In this document: one piece after another, positions 22,383-32,365 of the stretch | How positions within the stretch are numbered: position 1 is the first letter of the stretch | How the letters are laid out: every line of letters starts with the position of its first letter | DNA from: Acidobacteriota bacterium | GTDB lineage: Bacteria > Acidobacteriota > Thermoanaerobaculia > Gp7-AA8 | Assembly: GCA_019244185.1 (NCBI GenBank) | Contig: JAFATB010000018.1 | Coordinates: 64,001 to 128,000 of the forward strand | Direction of reading: 5' to 3' | DNA: 64,000 bases | Translations under genes and position numbers: made by a program | The notes under the pieces: model-generated | What the model saw: the letters and a program-made list of their open reading frames with translations, nothing else | Told to the model about the DNA's origin: nothing | Database searches by the model: none

Positions 22383-24668
22383 ATGTTGTGGAGAGGAATC
22401 CGGCGACTCGCCGTCGTGAGCGTGTTCCTGTTCGCGGTCTCGTCGTTCGCGGGTGAAGACATCACGCCCGGCTGCAGGCTGCCGGCGCACACGCCGACGA
22501 CGCCGCCGAAAGAGCAGGTCGGGATGTGGAAGACGGTCTTCCCTGCCGAGGGGAGCGCGGCCATCCGGCAGATCCTGGGGATGCAGACCGTGCACAACGT
22601 CATGCTGCCGTCGGGGAAGATCCTCATCGTCAGCGGCAGCAGCTGGCGCAACAAGGATCTCAAGCCGACCGACTATTGGCCGCTGAATCCGTCGCCGACC
22701 TCGCCCAAAGGCGCCATCAACCGGGCGGACGATCCGTTTCTCGACAGCAAGCTTGCCGACTACTACAAGATCGTCAACAACGCCGCGATCTACGACCCCG
22801 TCGACAACACGTTCTATCGCATCCCGCATCCGGTGCCGGTCCGCGATCCGAACGCGGCAGGGCACTTCGCGCCGGACGATCTCTTCTGCACCGGGCACCA
22901 GCATCTGCGCGACGGCAACGTGCTGTTCGCGGGCGGCACGCAGTACTACTCGCCGTTCCGCACCGGCAACAACTCCACGTGGATTTTCGACTGGAAGAAA
23001 GAGCTCTCCATCGACTGGCGCCGCGTCGACTGGCGGCAGATTCCCGCGGCGGGCAGCACGCCGTGGAACTTCGCCGGCTTCATGGAGCGCGGGCGCTGGT
23101 ACGCGAGCCTGCTGCCGCTGCTCGACGGACGCCTCGCCGTGTTCAGCGGCTTCGTCGGCTTCGATCCGCCGAAGAATCCCGACATGTACCAGTTCGAGAT
23201 CAACTATCTCGTCGAGTTCTTCGACTCGTCGCGGTTCGATCCGAACAATCCGAAAGCGGCGTGGCGCTCGGTCGACGTGAAGTCGACGCCGAACAGTCCG
23301 TTCACGATCGAGATCAATCCGACGTTCACGCCGACGCCCGGCACGACGTCGTGCTTTCCGCCCGCGCCGACCGCGGAGCAGTGCGTGAAGGACAACCGCT
23401 ACGACGCGTTCAAGCTCTATCCCGAAAACTATCTCCTGCCCGACGGCCGCATCTATCTCACGCGCGAAGGCGACTGGGTCAGCCTGCGCACGTGCGACAC
23501 GCACTTCATGCGCCGCACGAAGAACACGTACTTTGCGCGCGTGACCGGCACGCGCGACGCGCCGGGCATGACGTTCGAGCGCGGCCCCGATCGCGCGGAA
23601 GAGATCACCTCGTACGGCACGTCGCTCTGGGATCCGAACTCGAACCTCATCAGCATCCTCGGCGGACAGCCGACGTCACCGGGCGTGCTCTATCCGATCA
23701 ACGCCGACGAGCCGTCGCATTTCGCGGGCGGACGCGGCAGCCGCAAGATCGAAACCTTCCATCCGTCGCCCACCGATCCCACCGGCGGCAAGTGGACGCT
23801 CGAACCGAACTTCCTCGGCGACGATCCGAATGAAGACCGCACCATGCATTACTCGATCATCCTGCCGACGAAGCAGGTGCTGATCATCAACGGCGGGAAC
23901 TTCGACTTCTACGGCCCCGTCTTCGATCCGATCCTGCTCACGCCGCAATACAAAGCGGGCGTCTTCAGCGGCTACAAACGCGAGCTGATGGCGGCCGCGC
24001 TCGAGCCGCGCTACTACCACAACTCCGCGATGCTGCTCCCCGACGGCAACATCTTCGTCTCCGGCGGCAACACCGCGCGCGCCACGTACATCACGCGTCC
24101 GATTCCGCCCGCCGATCCGAATCGCGTCGGGCAGCCGAAGCCCGACCTCGACTCCGCCGACATCGACGTCTACTTCTGGAACGACGGCCCGATGGCGAAG
24201 ACGCAGAAGGGCCTGCTCACGAATCCGACCGAAGATTGGGTCGCGGAGATTTACAGCCCGCCGTATCAGTTCATCGACGGCGACCGGCGCGCCGTCATCG
24301 ACTTCATCTATCCGTACCCGAGCGTGCCCTACAAAACGAAGGCGACGATCGGCAACCGCGAGGTCTATCTGATGCACTCGGGCGACGTGTTCCGCGCGCA
24401 CCTCGGCTACCTGCCGCAGAAATGCACGACCGACGCGTCGCTCGCGCTGATCAAGCTGCCGTCGGCGACGCACGGGTGGGAGAACGGCCAGCGGTTCATG
24501 CAGCTGCCGATCCGCTCGACCGGTGACTACACGATCGAGTTCGCCGCGCCGAACATGCGGGAGGCGAACATGCCCCCCGCGTACTACATGCTGTTCTACG
24601 TCGACTGCATGGGCAAGCCGAGCATCGCGAAGATGGTGCGCTTCGACAACGAGGCAACGGAACCGTAG
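22383..24668 (+). CDS. Secreted copper radical oxidase (galactose/glyoxal oxidase-like, AA5-type, DUF1929 C-terminus)
   Basis: Signal peptide; DLFCTG, RWYAS, LYP, RYYHNSAMLLPDG, ATHG, PPAYYMLF. Confidence 0.88.
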   Translation: MLWRGIRRLAVVSVFLFAVSSFAGEDITPGCRLPAHTPTTPPKEQVGMWKTVFPAEGSAAIRQILGMQTVHNVMLPSGKILIVSGSSWRNKDLKPTDYWPLNPSPTSPKGAINRADDPFLDSKLADYYKIVNNAAIYDPVDNTFYRIPHPVPVRDPNAAGHFAPDDLFCTGHQHLRDGNVLFAGGTQYYSPFRTGNNSTWIFDWKKELSIDWRRVDWRQIPAAGSTPWNFAGFMERGRWYASLLPLLDGRLAVFSGFVGFDPPKNPDMYQFEINYLVEFFDSSRFDPNNPKAAWRSVDVKSTPNSPFTIEINPTFTPTPGTTSCFPPAPTAEQCVKDNRYDAFKLYPENYLLPDGRIYLTREGDWVSLRTCDTHFMRRTKNTYFARVTGTRDAPGMTFERGPDRAEEITSYGTSLWDPNSNLISILGGQPTSPGVLYPINADEPSHFAGGRGSRKIETFHPSPTDPTGGKWTLEPNFLGDDPNEDRTMHYSIILPTKQVLIINGGNFDFYGPVFDPILLTPQYKAGVFSGYKRELMAAALEPRYYHNSAMLLPDGNIFVSGGNTARATYITRPIPPADPNRVGQPKPDLDSADIDVYFWNDGPMAKTQKGLLTNPTEDWVAEIYSPPYQFIDGDRRAVIDFIYPYPSVPYKTKATIGNREVYLMHSGDVFRAHLGYLPQKCTTDASLALIKLPSATHGWENGQRFMQLPIRSTGDYTIEFAAPNMREANMPPAYYMLFYVDCMGKPSIAKMVRFDNEATEP

Positions 24669-24672
24669 ACGC

Positions 24673-25293
24673 TCAACGTTTCCCGCCGCGTGCCCAGCGC
24701 GCGGCGGGATCGATCCATTCGCGGCGCGGGGCGTAGAGGAAGCCGTGGCGCAGGCCGAGGCGGAGCTCGAGCTCGTCATGCTCTCGCAGCGCGCCGGCGC
24801 GGCGGAAGAACGGCGCGCACGACACGCCGAAGTCGTCGCCGGCGTCGTAGATCGAGAGCACGTGGCCGGAGAGGCGGATGTCGTAGTTCTTGTAGACCCA
24901 GTCGTTGCAGTCGCCGAGGAGCACGTAGCGGACGTCGGGGTTCTGCAGGAGCGTCGAGGCGCGCATCGTGATGATCGCGCCTTTCGACGCGCCGATCACG
25001 GTGATGTGCGACGGCGGGACGCCGCGGCGCAGCAGCGTGCGCACCTCGTCCGCGACGCGTTTGGCGTAGACGTTCACGTCCGCGCCTTTCGGCCGCTGCT
25101 CGCTCGAGACGATGAAGCCGCCGTCGCGGAACGCCTTCAGGATCGCGTCGTATTCGTAGACGCCGAACTCCGTCGACGGACGGCGTCCGCCTTCCTCGAC
25201 CGCTTTGCCGTGCACGTAGATCACGTAGCGTTCGGATTTCGCGTAGACGTGGCAGGCGACGAGGACGAGCGACAGCGCGAGCAGGCGTTTCAT
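24673..25293 (-). CDS. Exported alpha/beta hydrolase
   Basis: Signal MKRLLALSLVLVAC; YVHG, GASKG elbow, D and HG near the C-terminus. Confidence 0.8.
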   Translation of the reverse strand: MKRLLALSLVLVACHVYAKSERYVIYVHGKAVEEGGRRPSTEFGVYEYDAILKAFRDGGFIVSSEQRPKGADVNVYAKRVADEVRTLLRRGVPPSHITVIGASKGAIITMRASTLLQNPDVRYVLLGDCNDWVYKNYDIRLSGHVLSIYDAGDDFGVSCAPFFRRAGALREHDELELRLGLRHGFLYAPRREWIDPAARWARGGKR

Positions 25294-25303
25294 GCGCAGT
25301 ACA

Positions 25304-26148
25304 TTAACGCCGCGGACGCGTGCGCGTCTTGCGCCGCGGTTGCGTTTTGTCGCGCGCGTCGCGCCGGAATGCGGCCGGTGTGACTCCGGCATAGGCGCGG
25401 AACGTCGCGGTGAAGTGGCTCTGGGACGAGAAGCCGGCGGCGAGCGCGATCTCCGCGAGCGGCACGTCCGTCGACGCGAGCAGCGACTGCGCGTGCTCGA
25501 CGCGCAACTGCCGCAGCAGCTCGCCCGGCGTACAGCCGAAGCGCGCGCGGAAGACGCGGGCGAAATGCGCGCGGTGGACGCCCGCGTCGGCGCGAGCGCG
25601 GATAGCGTCGCGCCGCGCGCGAAGTCGTCGCGCAGACGTTCGTACGCGCGGGCGAGCCAGCGCGGCGCGATCGGGTCACGCGGCGTGCGCACGAGCGAGG
25701 CGGCCAGCTCGACCGACAGCGCGTCGATGACGAGCGGCGACAGCGCGTCGCGGCGGCGCAGCTCGTCGCGCATGCGGCGTGCGATCGACGCGCTGTCCGG
25801 CGCGAGGATCGCCGGCGCGTCGGGAAGCGTGCGGCCGAGGAGACGGGTGAGGCGCGAGGGATCGAGCTCGATGCGGAAGACGTGCAGGCCGGCCGCGGAG
25901 AGCGTCGTCACGTGACGCGCCTCGGCGGGATGAAACGCCACCGCGCCGGCTGCGACGTCGAGCGCGTGCGCGCCGTAGCTCTCGCGATAGCTGCCGGACA
26001 GCACGAAGCCGAAATACGGCCGCGCGTGCGCGTGCCGCGGCGTGCGCAGCGACGACGCGTAGCGGCAGTCGACGAGCGTCACGCCGTCGAACTCCACGCT
26101 CGCGTTGCGGCGCGCGTAATCGGCACCCGCGGGCAGCGTGTCGCTCAT
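25304..26148 (-). pseudogene. AraC-family regulator with a 1-nt deletion near 25590 (or a sequencing error)
   Basis: Cupin N-domain (PRHAH) in one frame; HTH DAGVHRAHFARVFR...AGFSSQSHFT in another. Confidence 0.85.
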
Positions 26149-26564
26149 CGCAAGGTCTCCTCCGCGCGCGCGAAGCCGGCCGACGCGAGCACGTCCGCCG
26201 CGCGCGGCGCGTCGCCTTCCTTCACGAAAACCCAGTCGCGCGAGAACGTCGAGACCACGAGGATGTCCAGCCCCGCGTCGCTCAGCGCGGCGGACAGTTT
26301 CGCGATGAAGCCGACGCAGTAGAACGGATGCGCACAGTCGATCGACAGCAGCAGCCAGCGGTCGGGATTGACCTCGATGACGTCGGCGGCAGCCAGTCCT
26401 TCCGGCGTCGTCACCACCGTCGTCTCGCGCTCGTCGCGCGCGATCATGAGATGCTGTCCGGCATCGCGCACCGCCGCCGCGCGCGCCCAGACGTACGTCC
26501 CGGCGAAGCGGAAGGTGCTGTGATGGATCACGTCCTCGGTCGACGGAGGGATCTCGATGCTCAC
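26145..26564 (-). CDS. ACT-domain protein (ACT_7-like)
   Basis: ETTVV, VGFIAKLSAALSDAGL.ILVVSTFSRDWVFV; GTG start with TAAAAT 7 nt upstream. Confidence 0.78.
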   Translation of the reverse strand: MSIEIPPSTEDVIHHSTFRFAGTYVWARAAAVRDAGQHLMIARDERETTVVTTPEGLAAADVIEVNPDRWLLLSIDCAHPFYCVGFIAKLSAALSDAGLDILVVSTFSRDWVFVKEGDAPRAADVLASAGFARAEETLR

Positions 26565-27135
26565 GCGGCGGATTTTAACCTTCGCACTCCTGACGCTCGC
26601 GCTGCAGGCCGGCGCGTCGCAGCGCGACGCGTTCGTCGCGGCGGCGAAGGCGCAGGTCGGTGTCACGCGCGCATACGATCCCGCGTACCGCCAGCTCGCG
26701 TATCCCGGAGGCGACATCCCGCTGAGCCGCGGCGTTTGCAGCGACGTCGTCATCCGGGCGATGCGCAAGGCCGGCTACGACCTGCAGGTGCTCGTGCACG
26801 AGGACATGCGCGCGCATTTCGATGCATATCCAAGGAAATGGGGGCTGCGCAAGCCGGACGCGAACATCGACCACCGCCGCGTGCCGAACCTGGCCACCTT
26901 CTTCACGCGCCAGGGACGCGCGCTGCCGGTCACGCGCGACGCCCGCGACTACGCGCCGGGCGACATCGTCACCTGGCGCCTCGCGTCGGGCGTGCCGCAC
27001 ATCGGCGTCGTCAGCGACGTGGCCGCAGGCGACACGAGCCGGCGGATGGTCGTGCACAACATCGGCTGGGGCGCGCAGCTCGAGGACGTGCTCTTCGCGT
27101 ACGAGCTGACCGGCCACTACCGCTGGTTCCGCTGA
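26557..27135 (+). CDS. DUF1287 (YijF-like) exported protein
   Basis: YDPAY...YPGGD.P...GVCSDVVIRA, NIDHRRVPNL, PHIGVVS, HNIG. Confidence 0.85.
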   Translation: MLTRRILTFALLTLALQAGASQRDAFVAAAKAQVGVTRAYDPAYRQLAYPGGDIPLSRGVCSDVVIRAMRKAGYDLQVLVHEDMRAHFDAYPRKWGLRKPDANIDHRRVPNLATFFTRQGRALPVTRDARDYAPGDIVTWRLASGVPHIGVVSDVAAGDTSRRMVVHNIGWGAQLEDVLFAYELTGHYRWFR

Positions 27136-27150
27136 CGTTCATCTGACGCG

Positions 27151-28584
27151 ATGCACGCCATCGACTTCGTCATCATCGCGGCGTATCTCGCGGCGGTGCT
27201 CGCGTCCGGACTCTGGTTCGGCCGCCGCCAGAAGACGACCGAGCAGTACTTTCTCGCCGGCCACGCCGTGCCGTGGTGGGCGATCGCGGCCTCGATCGTC
27301 GCCACCGAAACGTCGACCATCACGTTCATCTCCGTGCCCGGCATCGCCTGGGCGCGCGGCGGCGACTTCCGCTTCCTGCAGGTCGTCTTCGGCTACGTCG
27401 TCGCGCGCGTGCTCATCTCCGCGTTCTTCATGCCGTACTACTTCCGCGGCACGCTCGTCACCGTCTACGAGCTGCTGCAGACGCGCTTCGGCGCGTCCGT
27501 GAAAGCGCTTGCCGCGTCGCTGTTCGTGATCATGCGCACGATTGCGGATGGCGTGCGCCTGCTGCTCACCGCGTACGTGCTGCACGCGCTGCTCACCGGC
27601 CTCGGCGTCGGCACGCTGGTGACGCTGCTCGGCGTGGTCATGATCGTCTTCACGCTCATCGGCGGCATCGAGGCCGTCGTCTGGATCGAGGTCGTGCAAC
27701 TCGCGATCTACCTCGGCGGTGCGATCGCCGCCGCGATCGTGCTCATCGATCACACCGGCCTCGCGCACGCGATCGACCTCGGCGCCGCCGCCGGCAAGTT
27801 CCGCGTGTTCGACTTCTCGCCCGACCTCACGCGCGTCTATACGTTCTGGTCGGGCCTCATCGGCGGCACGTTTCTCACGCTGTCGACGCACGGCACCGAT
27901 CAGTACCTCGTGCAGCGCTATCTGTGCACCGACCGCGCGCGCAGCGCGTCGAAGGCGCTCCTCGCATCCGCCGCGGTCGTGCTCGCGCAGTTCGCGGGGT
28001 TCCTCTTCATCGGCGTGCTGCTGTTCGCGTTCTACGGCAACCGCGCCTTCGCGAGCTCCGATCAAGTCTTCCCCGACTTCATCGCGCACCATCTGCCGCC
28101 GGGACTCGCGGGGCTCGTCATCGCCGCGATCCTCGCGGCCGCGCTGTCGTCGTCGCTCAACTCGATCGCCGCGACCGTCGTCGCCGATCTCGTCCGCCCG
28201 CGCGACGAGCGCCACGCGATGCGCCTCTCGCGCGTGCTGACGGTCGTCGCCGGCATCGTGCAGATCGCGGTCGGCATCGCCATGCAGCAGACGCAGCGCG
28301 CCGCGCTCAACACCGCGCTCTCCGTCGCCTCGCTGATCAACGGCCCGGTCCTCGGCGTCTTCTTCCTCGGCGCGACGCAACGCGCCACGACGCGGGCCGC
28401 GCTCGCCGGCATGTTCGCCGGCATCGTCGCGGTGACGCTCGTCGCGTTCACGACGCACGTCGCGTGGCCGTGGTACGCCGTCGTCGGCTCGGTGGTCACG
28501 TTCGGCGTCGGTATCATCGCGGCGTGGATCTCTCCCGAAAAATCGGACAGCTCTTCGTCGTCGCCGCGCGCGGCGGCGCGCTGA
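27151..28584 (+). CDS. Sodium:solute symporter family transporter
   Basis: YFLAG..PWW, SIVATETS, GTDQYLVQRYL, LSSSLNS. Confidence 0.92.
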   Translation: MHAIDFVIIAAYLAAVLASGLWFGRRQKTTEQYFLAGHAVPWWAIAASIVATETSTITFISVPGIAWARGGDFRFLQVVFGYVVARVLISAFFMPYYFRGTLVTVYELLQTRFGASVKALAASLFVIMRTIADGVRLLLTAYVLHALLTGLGVGTLVTLLGVVMIVFTLIGGIEAVVWIEVVQLAIYLGGAIAAAIVLIDHTGLAHAIDLGAAAGKFRVFDFSPDLTRVYTFWSGLIGGTFLTLSTHGTDQYLVQRYLCTDRARSASKALLASAAVVLAQFAGFLFIGVLLFAFYGNRAFASSDQVFPDFIAHHLPPGLAGLVIAAILAAALSSSLNSIAATVVADLVRPRDERHAMRLSRVLTVVAGIVQIAVGIAMQQTQRAALNTALSVASLINGPVLGVFFLGATQRATTRAALAGMFAGIVAVTLVAFTTHVAWPWYAVVGSVVTFGVGIIAAWISPEKSDSSSSSPRAAAR

Positions 28585-30059
28585 ACGACGACGTCCGCCG
28601 CTACGTGCGCGACCTCCACGCCGGCGGCGTGATCTGGTTCCAGTCGACGACCGCCGAGACCGCGCGCGTCAACGCGGAGCTGCAGTCGCTCGCGAAGACG
28701 CCGCTGCTCGTCAGCGCCGATCTCGAGTCGGGTATGGGCATGCGCTTCACCGACGCGACGTGGTGGCCTCCGGCGATGGCCGTCGCCGCCGCGGGCGATC
28801 CGGAGCTGGCGTTCCAGCAGGGGCGCGCCACCGCGAGCGAGGCGCGCGCCATCGGCGTGCAGCACATCCTCGCGCCGGTCGCCGACGTGAACGTCGATCC
28901 CGCCAATCCCGTGATCAACACGCGCAGCTTCGGCGAAGATCCGCACGAGGTCGCGCGGTACGTCGCCGCATTCGTGCGCGGCATCCAAAGCGAAGGCGCG
29001 CTCGCGACCGCGAAGCATTTCCCCGGACACGGCAACACGCACGTCGACTCGCACCGCGCCTTGCCGGTGCTCGACGTCGACCGCGAACGCCTCGACCGCG
29101 TCGAGCTCGTGCCGTTCCGCGCCGCGATCGACGCCGGCGTCGCCTCGATCATGATCGGCCACCTCGCCGTGCCCGCGCTCGATCCGACGCTCGCGCCGGT
29201 GCGCGCGGAATTCGAAAACATCTACGGCACCGCGCGCGACGAAGTGACGCGCGGCGGCACGCTGCCCGCCACGCTCTCGCGTCCCGTGATCGAAGATCTC
29301 CTACGTCGCGACCTCGGCTTTCGCGGCCTCGTCGTCACCGACAGCTTCGACATGGGCGGTCTCGCCGCGCACTTCGATCCGGGCGAAGCGGCCGTGCGCG
29401 CGATCGAGGCCGGCAACGACCAGGTGCTCTACTCCGCCGACACCGACGCCGCGATCGCCGCCGTGCACGCCGCGGTCCGCAGCGGACGCCTGCCGCTCGG
29501 GCGCATCGATGCATCCGTCGAGCGCATCCTCGCCGCGAAGCGCGCGCTCTCCTCGCTGCCGTCGCGGAACGTCCTCCGCAACGACGACGTCGCGTACGAG
29601 CTCGCACGCCGCTCCATCACGCTCGTGCGCGATGAACGCGGCCTGCTGCCGCTGCGCGCGCGCAAGCTCACCGCCGTCGTCGTTAGCGATCGCCCCGAAC
29701 CGAATCCGCTGCACGATGCGCTTCACGCGCTCGCCGCCGATCGCGTGCTCACGCTCGACGCGACGAGCGAAGACGTCGACGTGGACGCCGAGCTCCTCGT
29801 GCTCCTGCTCGCGCTGCGTCCGATCTCCGGCGCCGGCCGCATCGCCGTTCCCGCCGCCGCGCGACGTCTCGCCGAACGCCACGCGCGCAGCTGCATCGCG
29901 ATCTCGTTCGGCAGCCCGTACGTGGCGCGCGAGCTCGAGGGCGTCTCCACCTTCCTCTGCGCGTGGGGCATCCAGCCTCTGCTGCAACGCGCGGCCATCG
30001 ACGCGTTGCGCGGCGCGATTCCGTTTCGCGGACGTCTGCCGGTGACGATTCCGTCTTGA
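28524..30059 (+). CDS. GH3 beta-N-acetylhexosaminidase (NagZ-like, two-domain)
   Basis: APVADV, RSFG, KHFPGHGNTHVDSH, VTDS nucleophile; GTG start at VDLSRKIGQL. Confidence 0.9.
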   Translation: MDLSRKIGQLFVVAARGGALNDDVRRYVRDLHAGGVIWFQSTTAETARVNAELQSLAKTPLLVSADLESGMGMRFTDATWWPPAMAVAAAGDPELAFQQGRATASEARAIGVQHILAPVADVNVDPANPVINTRSFGEDPHEVARYVAAFVRGIQSEGALATAKHFPGHGNTHVDSHRALPVLDVDRERLDRVELVPFRAAIDAGVASIMIGHLAVPALDPTLAPVRAEFENIYGTARDEVTRGGTLPATLSRPVIEDLLRRDLGFRGLVVTDSFDMGGLAAHFDPGEAAVRAIEAGNDQVLYSADTDAAIAAVHAAVRSGRLPLGRIDASVERILAAKRALSSLPSRNVLRNDDVAYELARRSITLVRDERGLLPLRARKLTAVVVSDRPEPNPLHDALHALAADRVLTLDATSEDVDVDAELLVLLLALRPISGAGRIAVPAAARRLAERHARSCIAISFGSPYVARELEGVSTFLCAWGIQPLLQRAAIDALRGAIPFRGRLPVTIPS

Positions 30060-30076
30060 TTGATTAGGATGCGTGC

Positions 30077-32365
30077 GTGCGTCGCGCCCGGTTGCTGCTG
30101 TTCCTGCTGGCCGCCGCCTGCGCGACGGCGCCGGCGCCGCCCCCGCACGCGACGTCGCCCTCGTTCGACGCCGCGAAGCTCACCGAGATCGACGCGGCGA
30201 TCGACGACGCCGTTGCGCACAAACGCATCCCCGGCGGCGTGCTCTGGATCGAGCATGACGGCGACACGTACCACCGCGCCTACGGCAAACGGGCGCTGAC
30301 GCCGGACGTCGAGTGGGCCACCGAGGACACGATCTACGACATCGCGTCGCTCACGAAAGTCGTCGCCACCGCGCCGTCGATCTGGCTGCTGATCGCCGAC
30401 GGCAAGATCGCGCTCGACGCGCCCGCGCGCATGTACCTCCCCGAGCTCGCCGACGACGCGATCACCGTCCGCCATCTGCTCACGCACACCTCCGGCCTGC
30501 GCCCCGACCTCGACCTCCACGAACAATGGATGGGCTACGACGAGGGCATCCGCCACGCGCTCGCCGAGAAGCCGCGCCATCGCCCCGGCACGGTCTTCAT
30601 CTACTCCGACATCAACTACATCCTCCTCGGCGAGATCGTGCATCGCGTCTCCGGCGAGACGCTCGACGACTTCGCGTTCCGCCGCATCTTCACGCCGCTC
30701 GGCATGACCGACACGAACTTCCAGCCGAGCCAGGGCGTCGTGCGCATCGCACCGACCGAACGCCTCTACGACGATCCGCTCGCGCCCGATCCCGTGATCC
30801 TGCGCGGCGTCGTGCACGATCCCACCGCGCGGCGCATGGACGGTGTCGCCGGACACGCGGGACTCTTCTCCACCGCCGCCGATCTCGCCAAATTCGCGCG
30901 CGCGGTGCTCGCGGGCAACTTCTTTCCGCGCGAGATGACGGAGATCGCGACGCCGCCGGAGATGCCGATCAAACGCGCCGCCGGCTTCGACGTCGACTCC
31001 GCGTACAGCCGCCCGCGCGGCGATCTCTTTCCCATCGGCTCGTTCGGTCACACGGGCTGGACCGGCGGCTTCTTCTGGATCGATCCGTCGTCGCACGCGT
31101 TCTACATCTTTCTCTCGAATCGCGTGCATCCGAACGGACAAGGCAGCGTCACCGCCCTCCAGCAACGCCTCGGCACACTCGTCGCCGAATCGCTCCGCGG
31201 CGCCACGTTCACTCCCGTCCCGCGCCGCGTCGGCTGGGTCACCGGCGGCGGCGCCGCGCAGAACGGCATCGACGTGCTCGACGCGAACGGCTACGCCGCA
31301 CTCCGCGGCCTGCGCATCGGTCTCATCACGAATCAAACCGGCATCGATCACGCCGGCAACCTGACCATCGATCTGCTGCGCGGCGCGCCCGACGTGACGC
31401 TCGTCTCCGTCTTCAGCCCCGAACACGGCATCAGCGGCATCGCCGACGACAACATCTCCGACGACCGCATCCGCGGCCTGCCGCTCTACAGCCTTTACGG
31501 CGATCGCCGCAAGCCTCTGCCCGAACAACTCGCGAACCTCGACGCGCTGGTCTTCGACATCCAGGACATCGGCACGCGCTTCTACACCTACATCTCGACG
31601 ATGGGCCTCGCCATGGAAGCCGCCGCCGACGCGAAGATCAAGTTCATCGTGCTCGATCGCGTGAATCCCATCGGCGGCGACGTCGTCGAAGGTCCCGTGC
31701 TCCAGGGCGACACGAACTTCACCGGCTTCCATCCGATCGCGATCCGCCACGGAATGACCGTCGGCGAGCTCGCACGCATGTTCCGCGCGGAGCGCAAGAT
31801 CGATGTCGATCTCACCGTGATCCCCGTCCACGGCTGGGCGCGCAATCAGTGGCAGGACGAAGCCGGCTTACCGTGGGTGAACCCGTCCCCGAACATCCGC
31901 AGCCTCGACGCCGCCGCGCTCTATCCCGGCCTCGGACTCCTCGAACGCGCGCTCTCCGTCGGCCGCGGCACCGACACGCCCTTCGAAATCGTTGGTGCAC
32001 CCTACATCGAAGGCGCCGTCCTCGCCCGCGAGCTGCGCGGCGTGCGCGGCGTCTCCTTCACCCCCATCCGCTTCACGCCCACCGCGAGCACGTTCGCCAA
32101 CACGGAATGCGGCGGCCTCCGCATCGCGATCACGAACCGCCGCCAACTCCGCAGCGTGGAGCTCGGCGTCGCCATCGCCTCCGCCCTCGTCCGCCTCTAC
32201 CCCTCGCAGTTCGCCGTCGACGAGATCGAGCCGCTCCTCCGCGACAAGGAAACCCTCAACGCCATCCGCGCCGGCAGGACCCTCGACGACATGCGCGTCT
32301 TCTGGCGCATCGACGCGTTCCTCGCCCGGCGCGCGAAGTACCTGACGCGTTGGCCGTCGCAGTGA
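30077..32365 (+). CDS. Lipoprotein: beta-lactamase-family serine hydrolase fused to a DUF1343/NamZ-like exo-muramidase domain
   Basis: SLTK, YSD, GHTG in the N-half; GLITNQTG, SPEHG, DIQDIGTRFYTY, DRVNP, RHGMT, PSPN in the C-half. Confidence 0.9.
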   Translation: MRRARLLLFLLAAACATAPAPPPHATSPSFDAAKLTEIDAAIDDAVAHKRIPGGVLWIEHDGDTYHRAYGKRALTPDVEWATEDTIYDIASLTKVVATAPSIWLLIADGKIALDAPARMYLPELADDAITVRHLLTHTSGLRPDLDLHEQWMGYDEGIRHALAEKPRHRPGTVFIYSDINYILLGEIVHRVSGETLDDFAFRRIFTPLGMTDTNFQPSQGVVRIAPTERLYDDPLAPDPVILRGVVHDPTARRMDGVAGHAGLFSTAADLAKFARAVLAGNFFPREMTEIATPPEMPIKRAAGFDVDSAYSRPRGDLFPIGSFGHTGWTGGFFWIDPSSHAFYIFLSNRVHPNGQGSVTALQQRLGTLVAESLRGATFTPVPRRVGWVTGGGAAQNGIDVLDANGYAALRGLRIGLITNQTGIDHAGNLTIDLLRGAPDVTLVSVFSPEHGISGIADDNISDDRIRGLPLYSLYGDRRKPLPEQLANLDALVFDIQDIGTRFYTYISTMGLAMEAAADAKIKFIVLDRVNPIGGDVVEGPVLQGDTNFTGFHPIAIRHGMTVGELARMFRAERKIDVDLTVIPVHGWARNQWQDEAGLPWVNPSPNIRSLDAAALYPGLGLLERALSVGRGTDTPFEIVGAPYIEGAVLARELRGVRGVSFTPIRFTPTASTFANTECGGLRIAITNRRQLRSVELGVAIASALVRLYPSQFAVDEIEPLLRDKETLNAIRAGRTLDDMRVFWRIDAFLARRAKYLTRWPSQ

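Noticed and set aside
24673-26148. 491-aa cupin-hydrolase fusion ORF
   Set aside because: The middle part is out-of-frame AraC HTH sequence, and the hydrolase has its own signal peptide
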